Source of the DNA: Eledone cirrhosa
Lineage: Eukaryota
Direction of reading: 5' to 3'
Assembly: GCA_964016885.1 (NCBI GenBank)
Contig: OZ024743.1
Location: forward strand, 100,502,001 to 100,566,000
DNA: 64,000 bases
This document shows positions 27,220 through 40,114 of this stretch, one piece after another. The notes beneath the pieces are model-generated. The model had not been told where the DNA came from and ran no database searches. It saw nothing but the letters and a program-made list of their open reading frames with translations. Both the position numbers and the translations under genes were made by a program. Numbering within the stretch: the stretch's first letter is position 1; each line of letters begins with the position of its first letter.

Positions 27220-27820
27220 AACATCATCGTTTAACATCTATCTTCCATGCTAGCATGGGTTTAGACGGGAATTATCCCACTTGAGGCAAGATTGGTCGTC
27301 TCGCTCGTATAGGACTATCTGGCAGGTTTTCTACGGCTGGATGCCCTTCCTAACACCGACCACATTTACAATGTGGACTGGGAGATTTTTACCGTGTTAC
27401 CTACACGGCCACATTACAGCGTGGACTGTGTGTGTTTTTTTTTTGTCGTGACACCTACACAACCTCATTTATTTAGGACTGGATGTTGTGGTACCAACAT
27501 AACTTTACAGAGAAAGGGGTGGTGTTGATGGGGGTGGGGGAGTTGGGGTAGTGGGATGGGGGTGTATATTTGGTTAAGAGGTGCCTACTGACTGTAGGTT
27601 TCGCTTTGTACTTAGGCAAGGCGGGTTTTCTGTATTACTGCGTAGCGCCAAAGATCTTGGTCGAGTGACATTGTCTTAGAGAGGTGTAGGTGTGTAAGGT
27701 CGGAATTTATCAAATCGTCCCAGATTTTTCTGGGTCTGCCTACTCCGTAACTTCCGTCAATTTTGATCGCCCTGCACTTTTTTATACAGCTGTCGTCTTT
27801 CATGCGCATCACGTGACCAT
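27220..27820 (-). mobile_element. RTE LINE short 3' fragment with 3'UTR (family C)
   Basis: ORF 27612-27812 MRMKDDSCIKKCRAIKIDG..GRPRKIW; 3'UTR matches 33746-34100. Confidence 0.88.
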
Positions 27821-28259
27821 AAAAAGATATTTCAACTTGGCAATAAAAAGATACATCAACTTAGCAGTGGGTCAAGAAATTGAAGGCATATAGCAGCAGA
27901 GAAAGTAATTCTCATAAAATTAAGAGAATTTGTTTCTTTAATTTAGGGAATGGTGTATCTTTTAATTGGATTTATAATAGCTAAGATGGCTGTTGTAATT
28001 GTTCAGTGATGATATAGCTATCCAAATATTGTTATTTCAATTATATGATATACTGACTCCATAATTACCAGGCTCCACAGGTGTGAACTAGTGCAAAAGG
28101 GATAACATTTAGATCTTAGATCCTAAAGAAAACACACAATTAGTCAATTAATTGGTATCAGGAGTGTTAAGAAGAAAACCAGGAAAAGGATGTGGAATTT
28201 CAGTAATGGTAATATAATGAAATGTATATGAAACATAAGATTTTGATTTTCTCTAGCAA

Positions 28260-28820
28260 AATATACGAATAGGTGCAAAGATGAGAGATAAATTTAACCA
28301 AAAATATATCAGTATTTATTGTAATGTTATGGCAATAATTTGAATTAGAAAAACTAGCAGAAAAACCACACTTCGGGTGGTTTTCTGCTAGCATGTGTAG
28401 TGTGTGTATTGATATTATACGCAAGTATATATGCATGTAGATACGATCAAATAAAATCGTAATTGACAATATACACAAAAATTGAACGAAGACTGTGTTA
28501 CACTGTCTTATGTAATCAGTAATGTAATCCATGATACATTAAAAAAAGACGATATTATATATAAACTGCATTAGGAGAAAATTAGTGACAGAAATATATG
28601 AATATTTATTTAAATGATCACTAACCGGAAGTGTTGACATTTGAAAATTTTAAAGAAGTGAATCTTTAAATAAGTAATAAAATATATTTAATGAACAGCC
28701 ACGAAATTTAGTGGATAAATTATGTAATATTCATTCATTATTTATTCAAAGTAATCCAACTTATTTTACTAAGGGGATAAAAAAATTATAAACCGTACAC
28801 AATCCCGCGCTTCTTACTTT
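28260..28820. promoter_or_regulatory. Candidate unmethylated promoter-like patch
   Basis: Local cluster of CpGs in otherwise CpG-poor unique DNA; CCGGAAGT (ETS-type) at 28625-28632 and TCCCGCGC (E2F-like) at 28803-28810. Inference only. Confidence 0.3.
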
Positions 28821-28836
28821 ATTATAGTTTAGATGG

Positions 28837-28868
<32 letters not shown>

Positions 28869-29785
28869 AGTAATTTATCCCCAAATAAAAAAGCAGAGCA
28901 AATGAAGATATTCTGGATAGGGAAAATAAATGATTAAATGGACATGTCCTGAAAGTCAAACAGAATTAATTAACTTGCTGAAGGAAATAATACTTCAACA
29001 GTTATATTAAACAATAAAAATGACACTTTCAACAATAGATAGATAATAATATCAGACTCAGCATTACTTCTTGTTTATTTCTATTTTTCTTTTCTCTTGT
29101 CTTTAGAGATAAACTGTCCCCTTTCAACTAGTAACAATATTCCCAAATTTTTGTCTTTTGTCTTTATTAGTGCCTAACAGCAGCAGTTTAATGATAACAT
29201 CAGGTTTTCGATGTCAAAAGAAAACTGAAGAATGTAGCTTTATCAATTACACTGAGGATTCCTTAGGCTCTGATATAAATTCAATAATCTTAGATTATAC
29301 ATGTCTGCAATTTCTACATTTATTAGGATCCATGAGATCTTTATAATTTCCTTCCTATCATTTCTCCCAATGTTTCTACATATAATCTTCTGTTCTAAAT
29401 TTGTATCATCGAATGTATTGCTTCATACAGACAATATATTATTAATTGTTTCTACTTTTGGCACAAGGCCAGCAATTACGCAGTGCATTACTGGTACTTT
29501 ATTTTATCAACCCTGTAAGGATGAAAGGCAAAGTTAACCTCAGCGAGATTTGAACTCAGAATGGAAAGGGCCGTAACTATGCGCCAAAGCATGGCGTCTG
29601 GCCCTCTACTGATTATTAATGTTATCCTTTAGCTGTAACAACTCTAATAATAGATTTATATGTAATAAAAATTAAAAAAACATGCTTCCATTATGTCAAG
29701 TATTACCAAAGGTTTCCACAATTTAGAGTGCTTTTAACAATTCTTTTGATGAATTTAGACTACCAAACAATGGGCATATATTTAA

Positions 29786-30005
29786 CCTTTTAGCATTTAC
29801 ATTACTCTATACATACTATTATATTTTCATGGTAAAGGCTTTACCTTATATAACTATTTCACATAATATCGAATCTATCAGATTTTGATATTATCTATTT
29901 AGTGAACAATACTTTAACATCAGTATGAGCGGCTGGTTACAGTTGGTTTGAACAGAAACAAGTGAAAGAATTTGGGCCGGACACAGTCAATTTAAATGTT
30001 AAGGG
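29786..30005. mobile_element. TTAA MITE copy
   Basis: TTAA at 29782-29785 and 30006-30009; same internal sequence as 16117-16334. Confidence 0.85.
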
Positions 30006-33000
30006 TTAATGTTGCTACCAACCAGAAAAATAATATAACCCCTTTTGTGATCCCCTGTCTTTCATATTGGTAAAAAAGGCCTAATTCTGATATAACTATT
30101 TGAAAGTTTTCTTCCTTTGCTTTCTTCAATGTTTTGCTATATTGTTTAATATATTTCTATGTTTTTCAGTTTTAAAATAGAACTTAACTCACTACTGACA
30201 TCAAAACTAAAATCTGATCTAGTTTGTGTAACTGACCAAATTAGATGACCTATCAGTTACCTAATTTCTGTATTTTCTTGATATTCTATCTTCTCGTGTG
30301 TCCGTGTGTCCACACACAGATCAATTTTAGTTTCTTTGTGTGTCTGATTCTCCAAATACAATGAAGTATATTTGTAAATACATTTTATATACCATGAGGT
30401 CTTTTGTGGCTGTGTTTTACAGCCAGATGGCCTTCCTTGTGTCAACTCCTTTAGACCCCTCTTTATGACACAGAAAGACTGTATTTATTCTAAACCAGAT
30501 AGACATAGAAGGAAATAGAGAAAGACCAAGGAAGAACTAGCTAAAACTGGAAGAAAATGGAAACCAGGGTATGAGGTAAGGTGATGCAGACTATAGGGCA
30601 AAATAGAGAAACTTATCATGGAAACCTGCAAGGCTAAACCCTACTTTAGCAGGGAAAATGGCCTTAAAATGCTCAGGTGTGTTGCATACATTTTTATAAA
30701 CCATGTTAAGACATGGTTAATAAAAATAGTTCAATTAGAATCCTATTAGATGTCTAAGTAGATGGACATGATTTGTATAATGAATGTGGAATTTGAAAAA
30801 TTAGAGGTTAGTGCGTAAAAAAAAAAATACTTGAGAGTTAGAAAGTAGTATTTCTGGAAATAATAGCCTAACTGTCCACTTCTTGAAGAATTTAAGGAAT
30901 GAAATAACACCAGTAGTGATAAAGTGTCAGATTCAATAGATATGTTCAAGTGGAATTACCATTTACAACCATGGATTGGTGGAACATTGGCAATTTTGGA
31001 GTTGTACTTGATTGGCAGAAGGCAGTGAATTGGCAGTCATTAGAACATTAGATAGAATGCTTTGTTATATTCAGTATCCAGTAATCTGAGTTCAAAACCT
31101 ACCAAGATCAGCTTCACTTTTCATCCTTTTGAGGCTGATAAAAAAAAGTACTAGTCCTGTATTGGGGTCAATCCTTCTTCGATATCTCTCACTTCACTCT
31201 CTCTTTCTCAGGAATGTTCAGACCTGTTCAGACCTGAAATTGCGGCTCCACAAGGTTTAAAATGCTCAAGACACATACTATGTCACGACAGCACCCCTAT
31301 AACTCCAACAGTTAGGAGTCAGTACATACATATCCATACATATATATCTTAAATGGAAGATATGAGCCAGATGTGGTTCTCTGACCCTTTAGTTTACAAC
31401 AGTTGTGACCTGTCCAACCTATTCCAGCATGGAAAGCAAACATAAAACGAACATAAAATTGTTTTATTTTGTGGTAGTATTATATCAAGTGTCAAATGAT
31501 TTCAATGTATATCTATGACCTGTTCCCTGACACAGTTTCACTCTATTTATTGATCAGATTGCTTTCTTCTGCTCACGGTTAACAAGATTCATGTTAAATT
31601 CAGCACAAGTAATTACATTGTGGTTAAATACATCACCTGTAATTTCATTGACTGGTAAATTCATCTCAAGGTAATTAATTACATCATGAGTAAATATTTT
31701 ATCAGTAAATTTACCAACAGGCTTTTTTTTTTTTATATATTTATGTTTTTTTTTTGTTTTGTTTTTTAAGAGAGAGTAAATATTAAAAAAGAATCTGAAC
31801 TAACTTGCCACTAAATTGTGAAGAAACATTTTTTGATAACTACAAAAAATAGTAAAAAATTTACAAACTATATAAAAAGAAATTTAAGAAATCAGCCTTA
31901 AATGTAATTAATATATTTAAGAGAGATTCAAATAAAAATGAAAGTAAAAAGATGGCACTATTCTAAATTGGAAAAAGCAACAAAAAAATATTCTAAAAAG
32001 ACAAATTATAAATGAGTTTTGTTTAATTTTGTTCACTTGTAACACTGGAGAGCTATTTGGATGGCTTAACCCTTCTGTTACTATATTTCTATTGAAAGAA
32101 ACTGCTTATGATTTTCAAATAATTTTTTAAATAATCAAAAATTTGGAGGGATTTAATAATATAACTAAAAATGAAGCTGTTGTTCAGAACAAAGGATCTT
32201 ACATAAAATTGTGATGAAACGTTTTTGGATAAATACAAGTACTTTAAAAAAAAATAAATAACCTAGTATCATAGAACCAGGGACAGTTTTAGGCAGTTTG
32301 TTATCAAAAGGATCAACACTACAATCTATAGATCAGAACAATTGAAATTGCTATAGTAACAAAATTCCAGTTGAAAGACAGTATTGAAATTAAAAAAGAT
32401 ATATATTTTAAAAATGTATAAATATATTATACAAATAATTGTTTCTACTTTAGGCACAAGGCCAGCAATTACCCAGTGCATTACTGGTACTTTATTTTAT
32501 CGACCCCGTAAGGATGAAAGGCAAAGTCAATCTCGGCGGGATTTGAACTCAGATCGTAAAGGGACTGAATGAGGAGCATCTGTGAATGCCAGAAATAGGC
32601 AATATGAGTATCATCTAATGGACATGCCTAATGTACAGCTGGATGAAAATTGAGAGGTAAATACTAGATGACAAAATATACAAGTGAAAGAAATGAACAT
32701 TGCAGACATGGTTGTGTATGTGTTTATATTTACTGTTTATGTCTTGTAACTAAATGGTTAAAAAAAAAGATCAATGAAATAAGCACCAGACTCAACAACA
32801 AAAAAAGGACCTGAGTCAATATCAACTAAATCCCTTCAAAAAGCAGTGCCCCAGTATGGCCACAGTCAAATGACTAAAACCACTAAAAGTAAATGATAAA
32901 AGAATATGCATTAAAAAAGAAAGCCAAATGAACTTTGTTAAAGGAGTTGGTTTTATATAGAATGGACCTCAATTTCAACAATTTTCCATCTGTTCAATCA

Positions 33001-33745
33001 ACAGAACAGCCTACTCATGATATTAACATGTGGCTGAGTTTTCCAGACATGTGTACCCTTAACATAATTCTCAGGGAGATTCAACATGACACAGTGTGTG
33101 ACAAGGCTGAAATTACATTTACAGTCCATCCAATGGGCTTCTTCACAGTTTCTGTCTACCCAATTTCACATACAAGTCAAAGATTAACTTGACGCTATAG
33201 TAAAGAACACTTGCTCAAATGTCATGCAGTATGATGGAACCCAGGACCATATGATTGTGAAACACTTTAACCATTCGGTCATTCTGCATCCAATCATTTT
33301 ATATAGTGCCAGACTAACTGCAGAATAATTCCTAACTCCAGCCAAGAGCAAGGGAATGAGGTGAAGAAATATCCAATAGTTGACCAGATCACATTCCACT
33401 CTCCTGGGTTCATCAGTAAGACAAGAAATTAAACAGAATCATTAGAAAGAAATGAGGATTCATATCCTTAACCCCCCCCAGTAGTAGTGGTTGATGCTTT
33501 CACTAACCCTTTACATTCCTTCTACAATTTCATTATCACCATAACTACCACCACCTACATTTTTAGATGAGAGAGAAATGTTTGTAATTCATACCATATA
33601 CACTTGGACAAACAAAATGGAGAATTTTAAAAGCTATTAGAATCATGTCCTGAACTATATCCTAGATTATAAATATAATTGGATTCTTTCATTTCATTCT
33701 TTATATGAGAGAGAGAGGGGGGGGGGGGGTTTCAAATTAGAAGTC

Positions 33746-34655
33746 ATCATCATCATCAACGTTTAACGTCCGTGTTCCATGCTTGCATGGGTTTGGACGG
33801 GGGTAGTCCCACTTGAGGCAAGAGTGATTGTCTTGCTCGCATAGGACTGTCTGGCAGGTTTTCTACAGTTGGATGCCCTTCCTAACACCAACCACATTTA
33901 CAGTGTGGGTCTGGGAGGTTTTTACCGTGTTGCCTACACGGCCACATTACAGCGTGGACTGTGTGTTTTTTTGTCGTGACACCTACACGATCTCATTTGT
34001 TTCGGCCTGGATGGCGCGGCACCAACATAACTTTACATAGAACGGGGTGGTGTGGATGGGGGGGGGGGGGGGGTATTTTGTTAGAGATGCCTACTGGCAA
34101 GGCGGGTCTTCTCTGTTACTGAGTACCGCCAAAGGTCTCGGTCCAGTGACATTGTCTTGGAGAGGTGTAAGTGTGTGAGGTCGGAGTTTATCAGCTCATC
34201 TCAGGTTTTTCTAGGTCTGCCTATTCCGTGGCTACCGTCTATCTTTATTGCCCTGCACTTTGTTATACAGCTATCGACTTTCATGCGCATCACGTGTCCA
34301 TACCAACGCAGCCTTCTCTCGAGTAAACAACATCTGATCCCTCTTATCTCTAATTTTTTCCTTAGTTCGTTTATGCTTTGCCGTTCACGTATATTACTGT
34401 TACACATCCAGCGGAGCATGCAAGCTTCGTTCCTCTCTAGTCTGCGTATATCCTCTGCACACAATGCCCAGGTCTCACTACCATGCAACATTGCTGTTCG
34501 TATGCAGGCATCGTACAACCTGCCTTTCATTTTTAGGGAGAACCCTTTAGCAGCTAATAGTGGTATAAGCTCTCTGAACTTTTTCCAACCAGTTCTGACT
34601 CTAGCTACAGTACTTTCAGAGCACCCTCCCCCACTGCTGATTTTATCGCCCAGCT
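33746..34655 (-). mobile_element. 5'-truncated RTE LINE (family C) with (GAT)n tail
   Basis: ORF 34201-34530 MKGRLYDACIRTAMLHGSETW...GRPRKT; tail catcatcatcatc at about 33746. Confidence 0.92.
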
Positions 34656-35493
34656 TAAGTCAGAGTCATATATATAATATAGCGGGGACTGGGATTGAGG
34701 GGGTGTGAATGAAAGTAATTTGAGAACAAACAATACAACAAAGTTATCGTTTTCAGGCTGAAGCACTTTACACTAGTAAAAATAGTTTCACCATGAGAAA
34801 AAAACTCATGGGTGATGGGTGCAAAACACACACACATAGGTAGGTAAGATGGCTGCTTTTTTTTTCTTAACCTTTTTTTAATAGCTGGATGCAGGAACTC
34901 GTAGCCATTATTTATTAATCTCAGCTGTTGTGCCTGCTCTCTTTCAAATACAAGAGAAATACTTATTTAATCAATCTAAATGTCCATATAGTGTTTATTA
35001 GGAGAGGTATCTAATAACCCTTATAAGAAAAACAAGAGACAGAGAAAAAAGAGAAAAGGAAAAAAAAGGTAGACAAAAGAAGCCAAAACAAGGACAGAAA
35101 GCAGCTAAATGTTTCTAGATCTTCTTTATGGTTAGTAAATCCTTGACTGCACTTCCAATCTTGATAGTTTTTTTATATATATAATGATTCTTTACCAATT
35201 CTGACCATTTCGAAGGCCATATTCATTCAAAACACATCAAAAACAAATTTCACATGGAAAGTTACCAGTGTAATATTCACCTCCAAAACAAAAATAATTT
35301 AGCACTTCATTTACATAGAATTTCAAAGTTGGTGAAAATCAGCAAAATATTGACCTCATATGTAAGTCTACTGCCTATTTTACTATTGATTTTTTGGCAC
35401 ATATTTCAGGGTTTATAAATGAGTGTATATGGTAATTCATATTCACTATGGTATGTTATGTAATTACCCTCCACACAGCACATATATATATAT

Positions 35494-36138
35494 ACTTGCG
35501 CAGATTAGAAAGAAACGAAGCCTGCATGCTCCGATGGAAGTGTAATAGTAATATACGCGAACGGCAAAGTATAAACGAATTGAGAGAGAGACTGAGCATC
35601 AGAGGAATCAAATGCTGTGTGCAGGAGAGGCGGTTGCGTTGGTATGGACATGTGATTCGTATGAAGGATGACAGCTGCATAAAAAGGTGCAGAGCACTAG
35701 AAGTCGATGGAAACCACGGAGTGGGGAGATCCAAGATGACCTGGGATGAGGTGATAAAGGCCGACCTTACCCAATTGCACCTCTCAAGAGCAATGACACA
35801 CAACCGTGACCTCTGGTGTCAAGCAGTAATACAGAAGACCTGACCACCCCACAGGAACAAGCTGAAGCATATAGACAATATGCCCCAACACCCTCCCACT
35901 GCAAAAAAGCACCCAGCCCACACTGTAAAGTGGACGTGTAGGCGCCACGGAAAAAAAGCACCCAGCACTCACTGTAAATGAGGTTGGTGTTAGGAAGGGC
36001 ATCCAGCTGTAGAAATCAAGCCAGAATCAGTTCCTGTATGAGCAAGACAAGGTCAGCTAACTGGACACTGCCCACAACAGGACAGCCCGTCTAGCCCATG
36101 CTAGAGTGGAAGAACGGACGTAAAACGATGATGATGAT
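35494..36138 (+). mobile_element. 5'-truncated RTE-B, first of a head-to-tail chain
   Basis: LRRLERNEACMLRW...; 3'UTR as at 55310-55614; preceded and followed by (TA)n. Confidence 0.92.
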
Positions 36139-36166
36139 ATATATATGTATATATATATGTATATAT

Positions 36167-37096
36167 ATAAATTCTGGCTATGGAAACAGCAGTTGGAATC
36201 AAGAGGACAGAGTGAACATAGCTAAAACAAAAGTGCTGATAAGTAGAAGAGAGGACAATACTCTGATTCCATCAGGGAAATGGCCATGTTCGATATCTAG
36301 GAAAGGAACTGGCATAAATTCCATAAAATGTACGCAATGCAGATCTTGGGTACAAAAGAGATGTAGTGGGATAGCAGGCAAACTAACAGGTAGGGAAAAC
36401 TATGTATGCAGTAGATGTACAGGGAAAGTTGGCAGTAGTATGTGATAGACTCATTTTTCCAATGCAGGCGGGTTCTATAGAAGTGGTTGATAGCTTCCGG
36501 TACCTAAGTGATCAGATTAGCATGGGGGGGGGGGCATAGTATCTAGAATAAGGACGGGTTGAAAGAAGTTTAGGGAGCTGCTTCCTCTGTTGACAAAGAA
36601 GGGCTTCTCCCTGCGTACAAAAGGACGGTTATATGATGCCTGTGTGAGATGCGCGATGCTGCATGGTAGTGAGACATGGGCAACAACTGCAGAAGATATG
36701 CGACGGCTGGAGAGAAATGAAGCAAGTATGCTTCGATGGATGTGCAATGTCAATCTGCGTGAACGACCAAGCATAGACGAGTTGAGAAAGAAACTGGGTA
36801 TAAGAGGGATAAGTTGTGGTGTGCAGGAGAGAAGGCTGAGATGGTATAGACATGTGATGCGCATGGAGGATGACCGCTGGGTAAAGAAGTGCCAAGAAAT
36901 TCCAGTAGAAGGAAGACACAGTAGAGGTAGACCACGAAAAACATGGGCGGAGGTGGTGAGAACAGACCTCAGATCGCTGAAACTCACCGAGGAGATGACA
37001 AAGGACCGTGACAAGTGGAGAGATGCTGTACTGAATAGGGCCCATCCAACCCTTGCAAGCAGGGAAAAGCGGACGTAAAATGATGCTGATGATGAT
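36167..37096 (+). mobile_element. 5'-truncated RTE-A, second of the chain
   Basis: Closely matches 11430-12352; ORF 36590-37078. Confidence 0.92.
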
Positions 37097-37111
37097 ATAT
37101 ATATATATATA

Positions 37112-37773
37112 TAAGAACGAGATGGAAGAAGTTTAGGGAACTACTACCACTGCTAGCTGCAAAAGGCTTCTCCCTCAAAATGAAAGGCAGACTGTATGAT
37201 GCGTGTATCCGAACAGCGATGTTGCATGGTAGTGAGACCTGGGCGCTGAAGGTGGAAGACTTACGTAGATTAGAGAGAAACGAAGCCTGCATGCTCTGAT
37301 GGATGTGTAATAGTAATATACGCGAACGACAAAGCATAAATTAATTGAGAGAGAGACTGAGTATAAGAGGAATCAAATGCTGTGTGCAGGAGAGGCGGTT
37401 GCGATGACACATGACCGTGACCTCTGGCATCACGCAGTAATACAGAGAACCCGACCTCCCATGGGTACAAGCTGAAGCATATAGACAATATGCCCCCCCC
37501 CCCCACTGCAAGGTGGTCGTGGAGGTGCCACGGCAAAAAAAGCACCCAGCCCACACTGTAAAGTGGACGTGTAGGCGCCACGGAAAAAAAGCACCCAGCA
37601 CTCACTGTAAATGAGGTTGGTGTTAGGAAGGGCATCCAGCTGTAGAAATCAAGCCAAATCAGTTCTTGTATGAGCAAGGCATGGTCAGCCGACCAGAGAC
37701 TGCCCACAACAGGACAACGCGTCTAACCCATGCTAGCATGGAAGAACAGACGTAAAACAGTGATGATGATGAT
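37112..37773 (+). mobile_element. 5'-truncated, internally deleted RTE-B, third of the chain
   Basis: Matches 54797-55085 joined to about 55240-55614. Confidence 0.92.
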
Positions 37774-37775
37774 AT

Positions 37776-38336
37776 ATATTAATTCAAAATATTAACAAAA
37801 TAGATATTCTTGTGATCAATTATATTTTATTATACATATTTCAGAGGTACTGAGTTAAGTTCAACAGTACGTTCTCATCAGATAAAACAAAATGATACAT
37901 GACATACCCTGACATGGTAGATGGATAATATTCAATCAAGGTAGTGATTAACTTATGACAAAACTCAATATTTATACCCTAATATTGATAACATGAGATA
38001 ACGTAATAGAAACAATAGAGAGTGTGTATGTAATAGATTTTAAGAAATACATGGCATTAATGTAACAGTTATAAAATTTTTAATTTTTAAAAACTACTAG
38101 AGAAAGAGGAGGGAAAAGAAAGCATAGAGGAAGAAATAGCTGATGTGATATATTTAGTAAGTGGCCTGCGAAGACAAATGAAGGATGATTAAAGAGAGAG
38201 ACAAAGGGGAGTAATTTATGTTCAAGTTTCTACACACAGAATTCTATATAATATATTTGGAGACTAATTTTCAAAATATTTAATTTATGTTATTGATCAC
38301 AAGAATATCTATTTTGTTAATATTTTGAATTAATAT
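37776..38336. repeat. Perfect 45-bp inverted repeat enclosing 471 bp
   Basis: 37776-37820 atattaattcaaaatattaacaaaatagatattcttgtgatcaat is the reverse complement of 38292-38336. Confidence 0.93.
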
Positions 38337-38434
38337 TAATAACTCTGGAAAACATTTTTCTGTTGAGTGCTTCCAGTCTATTGTAAAACTCATTCTTTGA
38401 TGTATTCATTGAACCTTGTTTAACTCTTAAATAT

Positions 38435-38776
38435 ATCATCATCATCATTTCATTTTACGTCCGCTTGTCCCTGCTTGCAAGGGTGGGACGGCAACTGATG
38501 CTGGCTTGATTTCTACAGCTGGATGCCCTTCCTAACACCAACCTCATTTACAGTGAGTGCTGGGTGCTTTTTTGCTGTGGCACCTCCACGACCACTTTAC
38601 AGTGGAATGATAGGGACCCCAGACCCTATCATCTCATTTCTACAGCTGAGTAAACTGGAGCAATGTGAAATAAAGTGTCTTGCTCAAGGAAACAACACAT
38701 CACCCGGTCCGAGAATTGAACTCACAACCTTTCGATTGCAAGGCCAATGCTCTAACCACTAAGCCATGTGCCTCCA
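38435..38776 (-). mobile_element. tRNA-head SINE with chimeric RTE tail (well-preserved copy)
   Basis: Head ggaggcacatggcttagtggttagagcattggcc...gagttcaattc; same structure as 13430-13803. Confidence 0.9.
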
Positions 38777-39243
38777 TAGTATATATATATATATATAAGT
38801 GGTCTTGTTGGTGACAACAAAATGGAAATATGTCAAGCCCACACTGTAAAATGATCGTGCAATAACAAGTGCACAGTCTACACTGTAAAGTAGTCATTTT
38901 GGTGACATGACAAAAAGTGCCCAGCCACTGTAAAGTGGTCGTGTTGACGACAACAAAAAGAACCTAGTCCACACTATAAAGTGGTCATTTTGCTGCCAAA
39001 ATAAAATGCCCCCAGTCCACACTATAAAGTGATTGGCATTAGGAAGAGTATCCAGCCATAGAAACCAAGCTAGAAACATTTCAGTATGAGCAAGACATGG
39101 TCATCTCATCTGACTTGTCTCACAACGAGACAACTCGTCTAACACATACTAGCGTGGAAAAAATGGACGTTAAATGGTGATGATATATATATATATCTAT
39201 ATATAGATAGATGTGTGTGTGTGTGTGCGCACATATATATATA

Positions 39244-39670
39244 TGGGACCTCCAAGATAATAACATAACATACAATCTTATTTGGAGCTAACTCCTACAC
39301 GGGAGGACGCCATCCATGTAACTTATGCTCGGAGGAAACATTACAAATGCTGTTTACGAAGGACCAACTCCTAAACAAAAAAGACGAACTTGTAACTGCA
39401 TGCAAACACTGATTGTGTAGGACTTACCTCACCCTCAAACCCCCTAATGACCCGGGTGGGTAGACAATGGCTGCAACATCCTTTTCCCTACTTGCCGAAC
39501 AAGATAGGGGAAACCCCAGCTAACATAGGTAGATGTACTTCTTTTCCTTTTTATTTTCTTCTTCCCTTTATCTCTTCCTATCACTTCCTTCCATTCCCCA
39601 TCCTCTTCTCCCTTTCGCCTACCTCGAGGCAGCCCATCAGGCTTTTGTAGCCTCAGTACCCCCACCCCAG
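39244..39670 (+). mobile_element. Penelope-like element fragment (GIY-YIG C-terminus plus downstream sequence)
   Basis: WDLQDNNITYNLIW/..SYTGGRHPCNLCSEETLQMLFTKDQLLNKKDELVTACKH* matches the PLE W.L...W...C.LC..E...LLNK..EL...C.H pattern; begins at a (TA)n run. Confidence 0.7.
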
Positions 39671-40114
39671 TAAATTATATATAGCATTGGCCGATATATA
39701 TAATTGTTTCTACTTTTGGCACAAGGCCAGTGTATTACTGGTACTTTATTTTATCGACCCCGTAAGGATGAAAGGCAAAGTTAACCTCGGCGGGATTTGA
39801 ACTCAGATCATTACCAATTAATTATAGCAGCTGTTTTAGACCCTAGAGATTTTTTATTACTTTTTACTATCCAATTCTATAATTTTATATATTTTTTATT
39901 TATTTCTTATCTTCTAATCTCAATTTATTAACCTATCCTATAACGTCCCCTCTTTATTTTCTCCAGAATCCTTTTTCGCCTGCTTCCTATCTAGCCTATT
40001 TTCATACACAATTTGCTATAGAGAATTCACTTTCAATGCTTGACCGGCTCCACCCACTCCCTCATTGTTCTACAGGCAAGTTCAGCCACCCCCACCTCCC
40101 ACCCACTGCCATGA

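Noticed and set aside
33380-33420. CUGAUGA-accc..gagu-ggaau on the minus strand (similar case at about 37855-37882)
   Set aside because: The GAAA box and stems are not satisfied; compatible with chance.
34868-34906. Minus-strand ATG MATSSCIQLLKK G|gttaag as Arp3 exon 1
   Set aside because: Wrong phase (1) for the 19633 acceptor and no similarity to the Arp3 N-terminus.
38715-38776. tRNA gene candidates (also about 7929, 13740, 49310 and 57500)
   Set aside because: A and B boxes are present but they continue into SINE core and tail with no complete acceptor stem; these are SINE heads.
39608-39655. Second hammerhead-like string on the minus strand (CUGAUGG-GCUGCC-ucga-GGUAGGC-GAAA) beside the Penelope fragment
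   Set aside because: A9 is absent, stem II is imperfect, and no stem III or NUH site can be formed; at most a dead relic.
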